Shown: piece by piece, positions 62,677 through 64,000 of the stretch
How positions within the stretch are numbered: position 1 is the stretch's first letter
Layout of the letters: each line of letters begins with the position of its first letter
Assembly: GCA_030390025.1 (NCBI GenBank)
Contig: CM059431.1
Coordinates: 130,388,001 to 130,452,000, forward strand
Direction: 5' to 3'
From: Squalus acanthias
Lineage: Eukaryota
DNA length: 64,000 nt
The notes under the pieces: generated by a model
The model's database searches: none
What the model was told of the DNA's origin: nothing
The model's input: the letters and a program-made list of their open reading frames with translations, nothing else
Made by a program: the position numbers and the translations under genes

Positions 62677-62702
62677 AGTCTCTTACCTCATTGTAATTTT
62701 TA

Positions 62703-62906
62703 AACAAACAATGCTTCTTTGAGGGAAACAGATAGGAAGAGAGTGGAGGAGGGAACAAACAATGCTTCTTTGAGGGAAACAGATAGGAAGAGAGTGGAGG
62801 AGGAAACAAACAATGCTTCTTTGAGGGAAACAGATAGGAAGAGAGTGGAGGAGGGAACAAACAATGCTTCTTTGAGGGAAACAGATAGGAAGAGAGTGGA
62901 GGAGAG
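62703..62906. repeat. 51-bp minisatellite, about 4 copies
   Basis: Unit AACAAACAATGCTTCTTTGAGGGAAACAGATAGGAAGAGAGTGGAGGAGGR repeated head to tail almost perfectly. Confidence 0.95.
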
Positions 62907-64000
62907 AAACAGGTTGAGGGTGAAAGAGCCTCTGGTCTCTTGTCCTCCATACTTGGGGGGGAGCAATTGGGATTGGAGAAGAGTGGATGGAGACTTAAAG
63001 GTGAGCTGAGTGACAGTGGACAGAGAAGATACAAGGATTGAGTGGGAAGTTCAAAAGGGAAGAGGTAGGGATAGTAATAGGAATGAGGATGTGGTAGGAG
63101 AGTGAGGTGATAGTGGGATGGTGAATGGGTAGGGGATGCAAGGGGAGATGGACTGAGGAGAAGCATGGTTGGGGGAGGGGATGGGAAGGTAGCTGCTGAG
63201 GGCCATATTTCCCTGTAACCATATCTAAAATGCAGCCTGTAGTTATTGGTAGCTCCTTTCTCCACCATACCCTCCTGTCCACCACCTCCACTTGAAAGGG
63301 AAGAAGAAAAAGGTAGATAGAGAAGCAAAAGAACCAGACAGAAGCAGGAGATGTAAGCCAGAGAGAAACAACAAGAAAGACAACAGAGACAGGTGAACGA
63401 GAAAGAGAGCAGGAGAGACGATATTCTCTGACTTACCATGTGCAACGTCAGGGGAGTTCAACGAGCAGGTAGAAAACAGAACGCCCATGGATATAAAAAG
63501 AACACAATGACCATAGGTTACAAATATACAGGGCACCTCTTGGTAAAAATAAAGTAGACCACTCATACATAAAAACACACACAAAAGGTTAAAAAGAATT
63601 TTGAACATCCATATGTTAAAAACAATCAGGATTCCGAAAACATTAGATGATCATGGGTAAGAAAAACATAGCATTGACGATGCGTCATATAATCAAGATA
63701 CCCTTAGGTAAACAAAATGAAACATCCATGTTACAAACTTCAGACTCGTACAGTAAAATTGACTATCTACTTGTTTCTCACTTACCATTTTGGCTATCTG
63801 CTGCTCTGCGTTCTCTGATTTCTATGTTCAATTGGTGCTGTCCTCTTTCTAGCTTGGTATAGTCTGCTGCTATTAAACCACAGCGAACCTCCTGTGCAAT
63901 CTTTTCTGTCATGCACTCTCTGAAGTTACTGGCTGGCAATTTCCTCACAGGTGCTCGCTCTCCGCTGCCTGAACTTTGCCTGGCTTCTAACACACTTTCA

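Noticed and set aside
62703..62906. CRISPR-like array
   Set aside because: Units are contiguous with no unique spacers, the context is vertebrate, and no cas genes are present
62582..63445. 287-aa minus-strand ORF as a gene
   Set aside because: Made of pyrimidine-rich low-complexity sequence plus the 51-bp repeat; no recognisable domain

Overview
Eukaryotic, repeat-rich vertebrate DNA, almost certainly from a shark or ray: it carries an HE1-type V-SINE, SacSINE1-type DeuSINEs, and shark-type CR1, L2 and Penelope elements. The only host coding sequence I can support is one 121-nt internal exon on the + strand (57859-57979) encoding a glypican-5 peptide, so the window reads as about 58 kb of the upstream intron plus 6 kb of the next. 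The intron holds many PIF/Harbinger DNA transposons. These include one near-full-length decayed copy (HARBI1-like transposase plus a convergent three-exon Myb/SANT-like gene), a truncated transposase copy, two copies of a 1.7-kb deletion-derivative family and at least eight MITEs. Where their 3-bp target duplications can be read they are ATT/AAT/ATA/AGT rather than the usual TAA/TTA. Nested with them are CR1 and L2 fragments, several SINE families, Penelope terminal repeats with decayed hammerhead-ribozyme cores, and Gypsy and hAT relics. I see no prokaryotic features, no CRISPR array and no intact transposon ORF. Family names come from recognising motifs by eye, not from a database search, and repeat boundaries without a TSD are approximate.
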